This document shows positions 28,831 to 37,270 of a stretch of DNA of 64,000 bases, piece after piece (the first letter of the stretch is position 1; each line of letters starts with the position of its first letter). A program made the position numbers and the translations under genes. The stretch comes from Fibrobacteria bacterium. Lineage in GTDB: Bacteria > Fibrobacterota > Fibrobacteria > UBA11236 > JADFYW01. The notes below the pieces were generated by a model. The model made no database searches and was not told where the DNA came from. It saw nothing but the letters and a program-made list of their open reading frames with translations. The stretch lies in the NCBI GenBank assembly GCA_015232855.1, contig JADFYW010000002.1:5490-69489 (forward strand), read 5' to 3'.

Positions 28831-30893
28831 ATGGCAGTCATCAATACAACAGAATCCGAAGAACGTGCTTTTTTTTAGAAATACTGGCCAAAATTCAAAG
28901 CGAAAAGTCGTGGCTGGAAGAGAGCATAGGGAATCTAACTGAGCAGATAAAAGAGGCCAGGGACCATCTTTGGTTAAACAACCGCGAGTATGATGCGGCG
29001 GAAAAAGCCTCCCTACGGCAAGCCATTGATCAGTCCACCATGTCCAAAGAATCGCACAGCAGGCGCTTGCAGAGGTTGGACAAGCTTTGTGCTTCGCCTT
29101 ATTTCGGGCGCTTTGATTTCACTAAAGACCCCGGTAGTCTGGCCACTCTGGTTTATGTAGGCATACATGATTTTTCCCTCTCTTCTGACCATCAGCAACT
29201 GATTTACGATTGGCGCGCTCCCATTTCAAGTATTTTTTATGACTGGGAATTAGGGCCGGTCTGGTATCAAAGCCCCAAGGGAAGGGTAGAAGGGCAAGTT
29301 GACCTCAAACGTCAATACTCTATACGCGAGAGCCGGTTCCTTTTTATGATTGAGAGCGCTGTGAGCGTCCATGATGAAATTCTGCAAAATGTGCTGGGTT
29401 CCGTATCGGACGACAAAATGCGAAACATTGTCTCCACCATTCAGCGGGATCAGAACGCAATCATCCGTAACGACGCCTCCGATGTGCTTGTAATTCAGGG
29501 TGTGGCTGGTTCGGGCAAGACTTCAATTGCTTTGCACCGTGTGGCCTATTTACTCTACCGGCATAAGGACACTATTTCCGCACAAGATGTCCTTATCCTT
29601 TCGCCTAACCGGGTCTTTTCAGATTACATCTCCCAGGTATTGCCCGAATTAGGGGAAGAAAATATTCCCGAAATACGCATGGAAGAAATAGCTGATAAAA
29701 TTTTAGAGGAAAAGATAAAGTACGAAACATTTGAGGAACAAATTTATCGGCTGGTAGAAAACCCCGAACCGAAGTATGTTGCGAGGGTAAGTTTCAAAGC
29801 CGAACCTGAATTCCTCGAAAAACTCAACAAATACATTTTTCTGTCAAAAGCCGGTGAATTTGCCGCCCAGGACATTCCTCTTGGGCCTTATGTTATTCCT
29901 GCCGACTTTATTGATAAGCAGTATAACGCTGCCTCTAACCTCTCTCCGGGCCGCCGTATAACCCGCGTTGTTGAAAGTGTGATCAAATTTGATAAGCGTC
30001 TCAGAATCACGCCCGAACAGGAAGCTTCGCTGCGCAAGGCAGTACGAAGCATGGTTAAAAAGCGTTCCCTCACCGGGTATTACCGGGATTTTTTCAAATG
30101 GATGGGACATCCAGAAATACTGAAAAACCTATCCGGCAGCAGATGGGAATATGCTGATGTATTTCCTTTGGCCTATCTCTCCCTCAGAATGAAAGGGGGA
30201 CCCGATTACGGTCATGTCCGTCATCTTGTGGTGGATGAAATGCAGGACTACACCGCTGTCCAATACAAAATACTGACCTGGCTCTTCAAATGCCGCAAGA
30301 CCATTCTGGGAGATGCCAGCCAAAAAATTAATCCCGCCTGTTCCTCCACAGGAGAAACTATACATGAGGCTTTCCCCGATTCTGAACTTATTAGACTGCA
30401 GCGCAGTTACCGCTCATCTTATGAGATTATCCGGTTCGCTCAGGGCGTTGCTCCCGACGCAGACTTGATACCCATGGAGCGACATGGTCAGGAGCCCGAA
30501 GTTGTCGTAACAGAGGGGGAGTCTGCAATGCACGATAAACTAATAAATTGGGCAACCGCTTTTAAAGACTCCGGTTTCAAATCTTTAGCCATTATCTGCA
30601 GGCGAGCGGCGCAGGTCAAGCGGGTCGCCGCTGCTTTTGCCGATGCCGGTCTTGAGGCACATACCCTTGATGCTGAAAGCAGTCATTTGAATGAGGGTAT
30701 CATCATTACCACGGCTTATCTGGCCAAGGGTCTGGAATTTGACCAGGTTATAGTGCCTTATGTGTCTGCTGATGAGTATGAGGGAGAAACTGACCGAGGT
30801 CTTTTGTATGTGGCATGTACACGTGCAATGCACCAGTTGGACCTAGCCTACTTCGGGCAAAAATCAAAACTGTTGGATTTTTTTAGCGTCTAA
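28831..30893 (+). CDS. helD: HelD-like UvrD/Rep superfamily-1 helicase (RNA-polymerase-associated type); N-terminus interrupted by a frameshift in a T8 run
   Basis: YFGRFDF...VYVGIHDF...IYDWRAPISSIFY and VIQGVAGSGKTSIALHRVAYLLY are HelD-type signatures, followed by VVDEMQDY and C-terminal LYVACTRAMHQL. The track ORF starts at GTG 28782 with an implausible leader. The ATG at 28831 gives MAVINTTESEERAFF, then TAG at 28876. It joins the main frame by a -1 shift in T8 (28869-28876). Confidence 0.7.
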
Positions 30894-30898
30894 AAATA

Positions 30899-32668
30899 TC
30901 ACCAGTCAGGGCCTGCATTTGGTACGGGACTGGTTAGCCAGTTATCATAAATTATTTTCCCTATATTAAAATCATCATAATAATCTTCGATGGTACTTAT
31001 ATTAACACCGGCTCCTTTTGTGTTCATTTCATCGGTGGTAGCAGTGCCCCAATAATTCCCGGATAAATCACAATCAGTAGCATCACTATAGGAAACCAGA
31101 TAAGTTCCCGTTCCAAAAAAGTTGTTATTGGAAAGTGTTCCGGTATACGAGTTATCAGCCCCTATGGACAGAGATCCAATTTCATTATAACTGATGTTAT
31201 TTAGTGGAATGGTCCAGATGCCAAAAATGTTTAATGAATTGATATGGCAATAGGTTACTATTGTCTCTGAATAGGGCTCGTATCCAAGATAATCTATGTA
31301 TGAATTGGTTATGCGGCAATAGTTATAATCAAATGACATAGACTCAATTATACAGCTATCAATATATGACCCCGTCATATATCTGAAGCTTCTATCTGAA
31401 CTGATTTTTTTAACATTTGAGTTTTTTACATAACAACCATATGCATAACGGGTTTCATCTTCATCGTGAACCTCAATAAGGCCGTCTCCCAGACTGCAAT
31501 ATTCAAAACGGGGCCCTTGCAGATAGGTACCGTCTGTGTTATAGGTTTTTGCTCCGGATTCACGCCAACGTAACTGTACGTACCCATTTTCAAAATAGAT
31601 AGAGTCTGTTTTGGTACCCACGGCAGAAAATTCTTTATTAACAGCAAGATAATAATTGCTCTCACATTTTACATGAGTACCTGCTAAAATGGTCAAAGAG
31701 TTGCCATCTTCAAAAAGCACATTACCATTTACGACATAGAGGGTATCTGGTGACCACGTTTCTGATTGTGTTCTCGCGCCTGATACGTATCTGGTCTTGG
31801 ATAGTGATTGAATAACCATATTGTACGGAGTGGACCACGATGAGATAACATGTACACTGTCTGAGCATCTGGACACAACCGTTATATTATAATTATTCGC
31901 CGTAAGCCAGGTGTGGTTCCATGTGGTATCCTGTCTCCAGTTAGAAATGTTGCCATCCCCCCAATCAACACGATAGTCTGTCGAGCCTCCATTAACGCAA
32001 GTGCCTCCTGCTATGGTAAAAGTGTAGTTAGTGTTGGGTGCACCTACAGAAGTGGTCCCTGCCACTGCGGGTTCAGTAATTGAGGCGATGTTAGAATAGA
32101 TGATAATGGTATCTTGCACCACAACTGTGTCGCTCACTTCAATGGTATCGCTTACTTCAATGGTATCGCTTACTTCAACAGTATCAGAAATATAAATAGA
32201 ATCTATTTCGTATATAGTATCAATAAGCTCCAGAGAATCTATCCTGAATAATGTGTCCATAATAAAAATAGAATCGGTTTGAACGATGGTATCAATACTC
32301 AAAAGAGTATCGGTAGTAAAAATACTATCTACCTTTATAATCGTATCTATCTGATAGACGGTGTCACTATGAAATATAGTATCATAAACCACTGTACTGT
32401 CTTCAATTGTTAATGTGTCTACGGTCCAGATTGAATCAAATACAATGAAAGAGTCGGTTTTTAGAATTGTATCAAGTCGAAGAACTGTATCCAGGAATTT
32501 TACCGTATCTAAAAGCATGAATGTGTCATTAATAAATAATGTATCGATAACATGCATGGTGTCTTGCCGGTCCTGAATCTCTGAAGGGCCATTAATATCA
32601 CTTTCCGGGGAGATGCAGGAAGAAAAGAAACAAGTTGTAATGAATAGTATTGCGAGAATTTGTTTCAT
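30899..32668 (-). CDS. lipoprotein with 26 tandem D-[TS]-h-x-h-x hexapeptide repeats, a PKD-like module and a C-terminal beta-helix-like region
   Basis: Lipobox FFSSC. Residues 36-191 are uninterrupted hexads (DTLFIN DTFMLL DTVKFL ... DTIEVS DTIEVS). YRVDWGDGNISNW is PKD-like. The C-terminal half is rich in N/Y/S turns. Confidence 0.55.
   Translation of the reverse strand: MKQILAILFITTCFFSSCISPESDINGPSEIQDRQDTMHVIDTLFINDTFMLLDTVKFLDTVLRLDTILKTDSFIVFDSIWTVDTLTIEDSTVVYDTIFHSDTVYQIDTIIKVDSIFTTDTLLSIDTIVQTDSIFIMDTLFRIDSLELIDTIYEIDSIYISDTVEVSDTIEVSDTIEVSDTVVVQDTIIIYSNIASITEPAVAGTTSVGAPNTNYTFTIAGGTCVNGGSTDYRVDWGDGNISNWRQDTTWNHTWLTANNYNITVVSRCSDSVHVISSWSTPYNMVIQSLSKTRYVSGARTQSETWSPDTLYVVNGNVLFEDGNSLTILAGTHVKCESNYYLAVNKEFSAVGTKTDSIYFENGYVQLRWRESGAKTYNTDGTYLQGPRFEYCSLGDGLIEVHDEDETRYAYGCYVKNSNVKKISSDRSFRYMTGSYIDSCIIESMSFDYNYCRITNSYIDYLGYEPYSETIVTYCHINSLNIFGIWTIPLNNISYNEIGSLSIGADNSYTGTLSNNNFFGTGTYLVSYSDATDCDLSGNYWGTATTDEMNTKGAGVNISTIEDYYDDFNIGKIIYDNWLTSPVPNAGPDW
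32096..32563 (-). repeat. 18-bp-period coding repeat (26 hexapeptide units) inside the lipoprotein gene
   Basis: The protein-level period is D-[TS]-h-x-h-x. The last units are nearly identical at the DNA level (gcttacttcaatggtatc repeated around 32128-32185). Confidence 0.8.
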
Positions 32669-32713
32669 TGAGACCTCTATAGTTATTGAAGTATTAAATG
32701 AGTTTCTGGTCTA

Positions 32714-32729
32714 TGCAATTCCTTTGCCT
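32714..32729 (-). promoter_or_regulatory. sigma-54-like promoter upstream of the hexapeptide-repeat lipoprotein gene
   Basis: The minus strand reads AGGCAAaggaaTTGCA with correct spacing. The ATG at 32668 lies ~47 nt downstream, and a long AT-rich tract lies upstream. Confidence 0.45.
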
Positions 32730-33204
32730 GGAAACACAATATGGAGTTCAACCTCTCCACTTGTGTATTAAGCCTGAGAATACTGATTGTTTTAAATATA
32801 AATTTTCTATAATTATAAAATATAACACAATAATTAAATATATAAATTTACTCATATTTGTAACGTAAATAGTATTTGTAAAGGGGTTTTATTGCTTTAA
32901 ATTGTATAATCACTATATTTAGGCAGTTTAAAGCTGTTTTGTAAATGAGTCTATTTGGTAAATAGTTTTCATATATTAGTGTAATAAGCTGTTTAATATG
33001 ATTTACGTGTTTTGTATTAATTAGTTGCTATCGCTTAATTATTTGGTTGTGCTTTGGGTCTTAATTGGGTGTTTTCGCTTATCTTTTTCGATTTTTCTTG
33101 TTTATTGCGTTGCTAATTTTTGTCTATTCATCATGTCACGAAATAGTTGGTACAAATCGATACCAGGTACAGCCCTGTACCTGAAGGCGACTTAGAAAGT
33201 ATAG

Positions 33205-33264
33205 ATGATGGCAATGAAAGCTTCTAAGAGATCCAGGACCCAATAAAATCGACCAATTTTAACT
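33205..33264. repeat. composite intergenic repeat, internally deleted copy
   Basis: GATGGCAATGAAAGCTTCTAAGAGATCCAGGACCCAATAAAATCGACCAATTTTAAC aligns to both ends of the 34317-34412 copy and lacks ~35 nt in the middle. Confidence 0.5.
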
Positions 33265-33286
33265 ATGTATGTGGTATTTATCTGGG

Positions 33287-34198
33287 CTAGAAAACCTGAA
33301 ATACCCTGGTCATTATTTTACTATCAGACTCAATAGAAAGAACAAAAACACCCCTATATACAGGCCTGAATTCTGAGAAATGAATGGTCCAGGCTGGGCT
33401 GTCTATTGTTCTTTTATTATAAAGCACGATACCATCTATTGCACTAACTTTTAAACTGATTTGTTTATCTTGTGAATCTGAGATATATACGGTAAGAGAT
33501 GAATTCTCTTGTTGAACACGTAACCCTTCTAATGTATTTGGCCTCAAGTTTGAGGCAACATCCTGACACTCTCCATGGAGCACTTCATTGTCTTGTTTAT
33601 AACATAATAAAGAGGTGCCTCCTTCGAAATAGTCGCATACCCCAAACAAACCACATGTTGTACCAATACCCTCTATCAACGAAACGGGAGTGAGAGGTTG
33701 AGTTGTGATGCCTGTTAAGCTGTATTCATTCCTATACATGCCCTTTATTAGTATAGAATCAATTTTGGTTACGACCATAGGTATAGACCTATAGTCAATT
33801 AATACGGTATCTTGAATATCTACATTGAAATTATAGAGGACTTCTTCAGTGTTGCTTGTCAAACCTCTAAAGTATACCGTTTTTGTAGCTGTATCTTCTC
33901 TGATAAAACCTTCTGTTTTAATAGCACTCGTTGAGTCCCAATTCCGAAAGTCATCGCATGCAAAAGTGGTTAATGGTTTGAGACATTTAGCAATTGTGCG
34001 CTTCTCTAATATTTGATAATTAACAGCACTAACTATTGTATCATTTTTCATTTGGAATTGATAGGTTTCTATTCCTCCCATTGCCGAGCATGAACTTTCT
34101 ATCCACTTTGCGTTTTTTTTAACCAAAGGGAAATATTGCGCTCCAAAAGAGGTGGATACAAAAGCCACTAGCACTATTTGGTAAAGAAAAGTATTCAT
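33287..34198 (-). CDS. secreted hypothetical protein with T9SS-type C-terminal domain
   Basis: The likely start is the internal ATG at 34198 (MNTFLYQIVLVAFVSTSFGAQ signal peptide); the track start is 34231. The C-terminus GVFVLSIESDSKIMTRVFQVF is CTD-like. Confidence 0.45.
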   Translation of the reverse strand: MNTFLYQIVLVAFVSTSFGAQYFPLVKKNAKWIESSCSAMGGIETYQFQMKNDTIVSAVNYQILEKRTIAKCLKPLTTFACDDFRNWDSTSAIKTEGFIREDTATKTVYFRGLTSNTEEVLYNFNVDIQDTVLIDYRSIPMVVTKIDSILIKGMYRNEYSLTGITTQPLTPVSLIEGIGTTCGLFGVCDYFEGGTSLLCYKQDNEVLHGECQDVASNLRPNTLEGLRVQQENSSLTVYISDSQDKQISLKVSAIDGIVLYNKRTIDSPAWTIHFSEFRPVYRGVFVLSIESDSKIMTRVFQVF

Positions 34199-34316
34199 AT
34201 GAATTTCCCCATTTTCATATATAATATGCAAATATCATACCACCCCTATTGTACACAATTTTCAACTATTTCATATCATATCTGAGATTCTAAGATTCAT
34301 TTATGAGAACTATTCA

Positions 34317-34412
34317 CGATGGGAATCAAGGCTTCTAAGAGGGTCAGTATCCTATAAAATAGGCATATTTAGATTGACTTCATCGAATCTCTTGGTCCGA
34401 CCAACTTTAACT
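34317..34412. repeat. composite intergenic repeat, full copy (includes TGGTCcGACCA at 34393-34403)
   Basis: GATGGGAATCAAGGCTTCTAAGAGGGTCAGTATCCTATAAAAT...CTTGGTCCGACCAACTTTAAC has related copies at 33205-33264 and 37173-37222. Confidence 0.55.
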
Positions 34413-34482
34413 CCAAATGTGTTCTCAATCACATCTACTAAACAGGTAACTTTCTATTTTAAGAAAAAAGGAGGGGGCCATT

Positions 34483-37062
34483 ATGCAAAAACTCATTATT
34501 GCCATTAGTTTTTTCTTATCTAGCTCATTCAGCGAGATTGTAAAAGACGATTTCCAAGTATCCGGAGATTTGGATAGCGTGGCACATACGGTCCCGGAAA
34601 TTGCCTGTGCAAAAAATGGCAACTATGTGGCAGCCTGGCTGGAGCCGGCCGGAGTGGATAAATACACCATCGTAGGCAGACTCTTTAATGCAGAGCACAT
34701 AGCAATTTCAGAAGAATTTGTCGTTAATGCAGATTATCGAAAAGCATACGGATCCAGGTTTTCATTAGCCATATCTGATAGCGGGTTATTTGTATTTGCC
34801 TGGTACTATAACTATGGTAGGGGCTCTGGTAGCGATCACTATATATTCTACCGCCGTTATAACAAAGACGGGACACCCTTTGATGACGGCCCACTTGTTG
34901 CTTTTGATAACAACTCTGACCGTGTTGTTTTAGGCGATATTGATATTGCCAATAATGGCACCTGTGTGGTTTCCTGGTTTGCCTATAATACGACGATGGG
35001 GTTGCAATTTGGAATCATTTCCACTGCAGTTTCGCCAACTCCCATAAGAAAGGAAGTAAATAAAGTTGGAGATGATTCGAAAATAGGCATAAGTGAAAAC
35101 GGAAGAGTAGCTATTCTGTTTGGAGGTGAAGATTTCACCTTAAAAAGTGCTGTCTATAATCATAAGGTCAAAGGTATGCCCCAAATTGGAGCAAGCTATA
35201 CTGTGGACACACTGGTGAATGGTAAAACCTGGGATATGGCTATGACCGCATCTGGTAATTTTGTAGTCAGTTGGGAAAAAGAAGGTAATGATTGTTTAGG
35301 GATACGTGCCCAACGCTTTAATGCTGATGGTGTCCCGGTAGACCAGGAGCTGAACGTAGATGGCTGTGTTTCTTCTTCTGCAGATAAAACCCCTCGAGTA
35401 GCCATAGGATTTAATGAAATATTTACCATATCCTGGGAGGACGTCATTGAAGGTAATGCATATTTTCGAACCTACACCCCTTCAGGTGAGCCAGCCACCA
35501 ATGTTCTTGAAATTAATTCTTTAGAATCTGATAAAATAAATGATATCCGACCGGCTGTTGACCAGGCAGGTAAAATAATTTTTGTTTGGGAAGACAATAC
35601 AACAAGTCCAAGCCAGATAATGGTCCAAAAATATTATACCGCAGGGACAAGAATTGGTGTCCCGATAAGAGTCAATGGCATGGGCTCTAGCGCTGCATAT
35701 CCAGATGTGGCCTATAACAAAGAAACCGGTCAATCAGCAGTAGTTTGGGAAGATTATAACAATGGTGAAATCTACTTACAAACTTATGATCCTGAAAATA
35801 TGCAAATAAGCACGTCAGTAAGCGTGAACACCTGGGACCCGGCAAAAAACCCTTCTGTTGCCCTTGGTGAATCTGTTTTTGTAGTCTGGCTGGATAAAGA
35901 ATCTACTATTCCCGGAATATGGCTTCAGCGCGTTTCTTATGAAGGAGTATTAATCGGTAATCTCATTGGTTTAAACAGCTCTGGGAGCGACAGCTGCTAT
36001 GATGTAAGCATTGCTGCCGGTGGTGACAAGGTGGCCGTGGTATGGGCCGGTAAGGATACAAATGGAGATAGAAAAATACGGGTAAAAGGCAAACTCTTGT
36101 CTTCATCAGGAGCGGTACTGAAAGACAGCCTTTCTCTAGGCGAAGGATCGGCCCCCTCTGTGGCATTCGATCAAAACGGACAATTTATCGTAACCTATCA
36201 CAAATTAAAAACTACCTATTTTAACGGCAGACCTATTAACACAACATCCAATGTGTATGTCCGAAGATATAATGCCAGCGGAACGCAAATAGGAAATGTA
36301 ATTACGGTCAACAGCGAAGCAGGAAAAGCATCATCACCCAAAGCAGGTATGGCCTCAGATGGTAACTTTGCGATATGTTGGATAGATGGAAGAGGCGGTA
36401 CTCTTCAGTTTAATGTATATGGACAATTATTCAGTAATAATGGCACAGCAATAGGAAGTAACTTTAGAATAGACACCAGTACTACACCGAAATCATATCT
36501 TGACATAGATATGAATGAAACCGGAACTATTGGGGTAAGCTGGTTTGAGTCTGTCAATAACCGGGTTGCCGCCCGCATTATAAACACAAACGGAACTCCT
36601 AACGGGCCAGTCCGTTATCCATTGAATAAAGAATTAATAACACCATTAGCAGGAGCGAAAATAGCCTTAGTGGGCGCAAACTTTTTCACCGTATGGATGA
36701 ACGCGTATAATACTGATATTAACCAAAGAGACATTTGGGGAGAAATCTATGGATTCCATGACAGCTCCAATCCGGTTAATACAGAGAAAAAAATCTTCCA
36801 GGTTAGACTGGTTGAATTTTCACTGTGTATTCAAAAAAACAGAAGACCTCATGAGATTAAATTCATAACATCTCTCCCCAGCCGCAACCTGGAAATTTTA
36901 GACATGCAAGGGCGTGTTAAAACACGGCTACAGTCGAGTGCAATAAATCCCGATGGAAAAACCAGCTTTATCTGGAATACAAGTATGTATGCCAAAGGCA
37001 CTTATTTAGCCAGGACTTGTAATGCAGAAACCTGCCTAAGGGCTATTGTTATTAACAAATAG
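34483..37062 (+). CDS. secreted repeat protein (~14 copies of a ~55-aa h-h-V-W-x-D ... G ... V-N unit) with T9SS-type C-terminal domain
   Basis: A strong SD (GGAGGG) precedes the ATG and a signal peptide is present. Recurring units include FVVSWEKEG..IRAQRFNADGVPVDQELNV, IIFVWEDNT...QKYYTAGTRIGVPIRVN and FAICWIDGR...GQLFSNNGTAIGSNFRIDT. The C-terminus is GTYLARTCNAETCLRAIVINK. Confidence 0.55.
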   Translation: MQKLIIAISFFLSSSFSEIVKDDFQVSGDLDSVAHTVPEIACAKNGNYVAAWLEPAGVDKYTIVGRLFNAEHIAISEEFVVNADYRKAYGSRFSLAISDSGLFVFAWYYNYGRGSGSDHYIFYRRYNKDGTPFDDGPLVAFDNNSDRVVLGDIDIANNGTCVVSWFAYNTTMGLQFGIISTAVSPTPIRKEVNKVGDDSKIGISENGRVAILFGGEDFTLKSAVYNHKVKGMPQIGASYTVDTLVNGKTWDMAMTASGNFVVSWEKEGNDCLGIRAQRFNADGVPVDQELNVDGCVSSSADKTPRVAIGFNEIFTISWEDVIEGNAYFRTYTPSGEPATNVLEINSLESDKINDIRPAVDQAGKIIFVWEDNTTSPSQIMVQKYYTAGTRIGVPIRVNGMGSSAAYPDVAYNKETGQSAVVWEDYNNGEIYLQTYDPENMQISTSVSVNTWDPAKNPSVALGESVFVVWLDKESTIPGIWLQRVSYEGVLIGNLIGLNSSGSDSCYDVSIAAGGDKVAVVWAGKDTNGDRKIRVKGKLLSSSGAVLKDSLSLGEGSAPSVAFDQNGQFIVTYHKLKTTYFNGRPINTTSNVYVRRYNASGTQIGNVITVNSEAGKASSPKAGMASDGNFAICWIDGRGGTLQFNVYGQLFSNNGTAIGSNFRIDTSTTPKSYLDIDMNETGTIGVSWFESVNNRVAARIINTNGTPNGPVRYPLNKELITPLAGAKIALVGANFFTVWMNAYNTDINQRDIWGEIYGFHDSSNPVNTEKKIFQVRLVEFSLCIQKNRRPHEIKFITSLPSRNLEILDMQGRVKTRLQSSAINPDGKTSFIWNTSMYAKGTYLARTCNAETCLRAIVINK

Positions 37063-37172
37063 TCAAAAGAAAGCAACATTGAAACTGTCACTATTTCCAA
37101 TTGCTATTACAAGTGAATCTTTTTCTAATAATTCAACTATGAGGCTATCGATATTATTTGTGTCAATGAAAG

Positions 37173-37222
37173 AGGAATGAAAGCGTTACACTTCAGTGCA
37201 CAACCCCTAAGAGATTGTAGGA
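37173..37222. repeat. composite intergenic repeat, divergent copy with a ~22-nt insertion
   Basis: GGAATGAAAGC[gttacacttcagtgcacaaccc]CTAAGAGATTGTAGGA shares AATGAAAGC and CTAAGAGAT blocks with the 33205 copy. Confidence 0.4.
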
Positions 37223-37270
37223 ATTCTTTGGCTGATTCTCAATATCAATTCCGATTACCGGATAAATAAA

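Noticed and set aside
32096-32563. Regular 18-bp periodic DNA repeat, considered as a possible CRISPR-like or satellite array
   Set aside because: The period is in frame within a long ORF and encodes the D-[TS]-h-x-h-x hexapeptide. It has no spacer/repeat alternation and there are no cas genes.
33150-33183. Stable hairpin CAGGTACA-gccc-TGTACCTG, preceded by TGGTA...TACCA, considered as a tRNA fragment or att site
   Set aside because: I could fold no cloverleaf, there is no T-loop (GTTCRANYC) or CCA-end context, and no integrase lies nearby.
26690-34412. Integron-like cassette/attC interpretation of the palindromic repeats
   Set aside because: There is no intI gene in the window. I could not find paired RYYYAAC/GTTRRRY core sites or the extended imperfect attC palindrome. 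It is kept only as a generic 'bracketing repeat' finding.
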